Shown one piece after another: positions 61,157 to 64,000 of a stretch of 64,000 nucleotides of DNA (within the stretch, counting starts at the first letter, position 1; each line of letters starts with the position of its first letter). The notes under the pieces were generated by a model. That model saw only the letters and a list, made by a program, of their open reading frames with translations. It was not told where the DNA came from and did no database searches. This stretch comes from Takakia lepidozioides. Its lineage: Eukaryota > Plantae > Bryophyta. The position numbers and the translations under genes were made by a program. Location: NCBI GenBank assembly GCA_030704615.1, contig CM060732.1, positions 34,410,001 to 34,474,000 on the forward strand, written 5' to 3'.

Positions 61157-61948
61157 TTTTTCAATTGGTTTCCCTTGGTCCAAGTTGGCTCAGTCACTAG
61201 TCATCACAAGAGACCTGTGATTGCTGCCCTGCTGTGTCCAAGCATCCCACCAAGAGCCCATTGGTGATGGCAGGTTCCTTCGGATGCATTGTGATGCAGC
61301 CATGAACTTCAGCTCAACATTTGAAAAGGTTTTCATGCTAATCCCCCTCACACTCCTGATTCAGCTGATCCAAACAAAATCTTGTAAAGCAGCTCTGAAC
61401 TCTTCTTTCCTCGTGTGCAAAAGGGACACTGTTGAAGGTGGGATCCAGCATCCCTCATCCTTTCCAGTCTCTGAAACTATCCCTCACATGTGCCCCTCAA
61501 TAGCATGACATAAAGATAGGGGAATTACCTGAGAGAGTGTAGGCAAGGAGCCCTTACAAGCCCAAAGACTATCACTACACCTACTTCTTGACTCCAAACC
61601 ATGGGATAAATGTAAGATTTTCTGGACAATATCTGGAAGGCCGGAATCAAATTTTCTTCCAAAGGTAGGTGCAAGGTAGGGGAGCAAGTCTTCAATAAAG
61701 GTAGGTAAGCCCATTTCTGCTTTTCTCCTTCCCTCCTCTCCCTCCATCCAAGCTACACATGGATTCAGTAGCCACAGGGAACTGAAGCATAGTCGAATGA
61801 GCCACATCTCTTTCATTACCTGCTCCATTCTGCCTGTGGTCTGTTGCTCCAATCCAATTGAAACTGGGCTTCCTGGTTACGATAGCATCAGACAAAATTG
61901 TAGCTCTCTCTCACATTACATGTGAGCCTCTCTGACCTTGGAAGAGCT

Positions 61949-62908
61949 TCAATTGGCCCGCCTGGGCTTCCACGTCATGTCGTCCTCATCGTCACTCTCC
62001 TCCTCATCTATTTCCTGCTCCGATGTAGACCTCGGCTCCCAAATATCGTCTTCATTGTCAGTTGCATTTTCTTTCGTATCATCATCATCATCCCCTGACC
62101 CAGTCTCCCCAACAATGACGACCTGTCCATTGACAAAGTTTCCATTTTGACTGCCAATCTTTGCCATCTCACTTCTTCTACGATTCCTGGTTGAGGGTGC
62201 CTCAGGGGTGGCCTTCCTGGATGTGTCCTCACTTGCAGACTCTGATTCATCAGCATCTCGAGATTCTGGCTTTGATGCCCTTACAATGTGAACCTTCAAT
62301 CTATCCTTAGAAAGAAGCTCAAACACGCAGACATCACCGTCCTCCAATTCGTGGTCCTGCACGAAGCCTTTCCAACCCCGACTTAGCACTGGCTGATGTC
62401 CCAGAAACGCCGTCTCCCATTCTTTCTCTGCTGCATCCTCCAGCACGATCCTGCCGTCTTCATCCGGCAGATGGTCCTTGCAAAATCTGTTTGGCATTCT
62501 TAGACTGCAACTCCACATATCTGACTGACGCATTGCCTTCACAAACGAGGGCTTTTCTAAGTTTTCGTTGATCAGATCTGCAGCTTCCGTGGCGTCCCTA
62601 CGTGCCCTGCCAGATACCTCCCTGCGCTCTCTATTGCCCCTTACGTTGTATTTACGCCTAACACCCGGGCTGGACTCCAACTGCTCGTTATATTCTACCG
62701 CTTGATTAGCAGCCACTCGAGACGAGCGCCTGCGCTCTTCAGGATATGGCCGATGTTTCCACGGCCTTACCACTCTTGACGCACCAGACGAGTTCTTCAA
62801 GCTCTTGGCGAGGCTTACTAAGCCAAGTTCCTCCATACGCCGCTTGTTTTCCTCAAGCCGCTGGGCACGGACAGCCTCATAAGATGTCGCGCTTCCATTT
62901 GTTCCCAT
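61949..62908 (-). CDS. B3 DNA-binding domain protein (REM/VRN1-like subgroup with N-terminal YE..R..RLEENKRRMEELGL motif), intronless
   Basis: SYEAVRAQRLEENKRRMEELGL, RRSSR, the B3 core FVKAM...LRMPNRFCKDHLP...LSRGWKGFVQDHELEDGDVCVFEL and an acidic tail. The ATG is at 62908. Confidence 0.9.
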   Translation of the reverse strand: MGTNGSATSYEAVRAQRLEENKRRMEELGLVSLAKSLKNSSGASRVVRPWKHRPYPEERRRSSRVAANQAVEYNEQLESSPGVRRKYNVRGNRERREVSGRARRDATEAADLINENLEKPSFVKAMRQSDMWSCSLRMPNRFCKDHLPDEDGRIVLEDAAEKEWETAFLGHQPVLSRGWKGFVQDHELEDGDVCVFELLSKDRLKVHIVRASKPESRDADESESASEDTSRKATPEAPSTRNRRRSEMAKIGSQNGNFVNGQVVIVGETGSGDDDDDTKENATDNEDDIWEPRSTSEQEIDEEESDDEDDMTWKPRRAN

Positions 62909-63062
62909 ATTGACAGAAATGGGCCTGAGAATCCTCAATAAGATTGTGGTGGTCTCCCCCTAAAGCAGCATTTCCTTCTGCCCTTCAATTCTTCTGCACA
63001 CGAATATGTTCCTCCTTAGATGAAACGGTCAGAATGGCAATCTTTCCAGGTGCCGATGATCT

Positions 63063-64000
63063 TGAAATGCAAACACTGTATAACGTCCGCAGAAAGGTCA
63101 AAGAGCTTCTGGGACAAAAGGACAGCAAGAAACAAGAAAGAACAAAAGACAGAGCGAAGCCAAAAGCAGCCCAAAAGCAACTACTGCTCAAGGGATTGTC
63201 TAAGGGTCAAAGCTTCGTGCAGAAAAGCTGCCAAGCATGTCTGATCCTCATAATGGAAGACGTCAGTGAGAGATTGGGTGTCACAAAACAGACAGAGAGT
63301 GGAATCTCCCACGGATCTCATAGTAAAGAGGGCAGCAAAAGAAGAAGTGCTCTTCAGTTTCGATGCAACGGTTAAGCCCAGTGAGAAAGAAAGACAGAAT
63401 ATGTAATGCGAGGAGGCGGAAATGAAGACAGAAGACAGAAACTTTACAACGCCCGCAAGGGCGTCAGAGGGATTGAAGGGAAACAGGTGAAGGCTGCTTC
63501 TACATCAGAAAACCGAAGCGGTTTCAAACCTCCATACCGGCAGATGACGAACACCCATCACAAAGAACCAATGTAACCCTCAACAACACCAGCATTGATA
63601 TCCATAAACCACATTGCCCATCTCTTACCACTCTGACACTGCGAAAGACCATCAAACCCACAAACAGTTGAAAACAGCCGATTCAAGCTGAGTAGAAGTA
63701 TCCAAACAAGCCGACAACCTGTCATCTTATCAGATCAGCCCAGGCACGTATCATTGGAGGGTCTCACCACTCTAACTGCAGAAGAGGTAGTTTTAGTTAG
63801 AACAAACAGCTCTGAGCAACTGCTCAGCTCAAAAATCACTTCGCGCCCACACGATCAAAACAGAAACTTTCCTTGAAGACAAAAGCTCAACCTCGAACAG
63901 ATCCCGCCAAGCGTAAGTTTGCATGGCATGCATCTTTCCTCATCCTTACCCTACATTTATCGTCGGGTTGTGCATTCATTCTCCCTCCTCCTCCCTTGGT
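63063..64000 (-). mobile_element. (CATTT)n-tailed RTEX-like LINE, copy C, degenerate, probably continuing beyond the window
   Basis: 63079-63345 is homologous to 54190-54450 (TATAACGTCCGC...GAGCTT.TGGGACAAAA; GGAATCTCCCACGGATCTCATAGT). Extension to 64000 is less certain. Confidence 0.7.

Noticed and set aside
59300-61900. Further ORF fragments (e.g. 61484-61852)
   Set aside because: Probably very old retroelement debris, but with no motif strong enough to call.
62944-63375. 143-aa plus-strand ORF
   Set aside because: Antisense reading of the LINE 3' end.

Overview
Nuclear genomic DNA from a land plant. The PLS-DYW PPR genes and the hAT/LINE families suggest a non-seed plant such as a bryophyte, lycophyte or fern, but this is an inference. 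Host genes: an SPRISFS/ADELF-motif (MAKR-like) protein, a 5-exon isoflavone-reductase-like (PIP family) gene, an intact PLS-E-DYW RNA-editing PPR gene, an inverted paralogue whose E/DYW tail has decayed, a U1 snRNA gene with USE and TATA, a small conserved Cys-rich protein, a KH-domain gene, a Pro-rich 3-exon gene and an intronless B3-domain gene. Pseudogene fragments of Nudix hydrolase 9 and an organellar SSB (OSB) are also present. Much of the rest is mobile DNA: two L1-type LINEs, an RTE/RTEX-like LINE with a tandem partial copy, three 3' ends of a (CATTT)n-tailed LINE, hAT remnants, an hAT MITE with an 8-bp TSD, and SINE fragments. The most unusual object lies at about 11.7-17.2 kb. It is a decayed multi-exon gene encoding a ParB/Sulfiredoxin-like (DGNHR) domain and an N4C/N6A DNA-methyltransferase-like segment. 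Its introns carry about 18 copies of a 24-bp palindrome (GTGATGRTCGGYRCCGAYCATCAC) with symmetry-preserving covariation, and a perfect 18-bp GC-rich hairpin follows it. Together these make a candidate mobile ParB/parS-like plus methylase module. All homology calls are by eye from remembered family motifs; no database searches were run.
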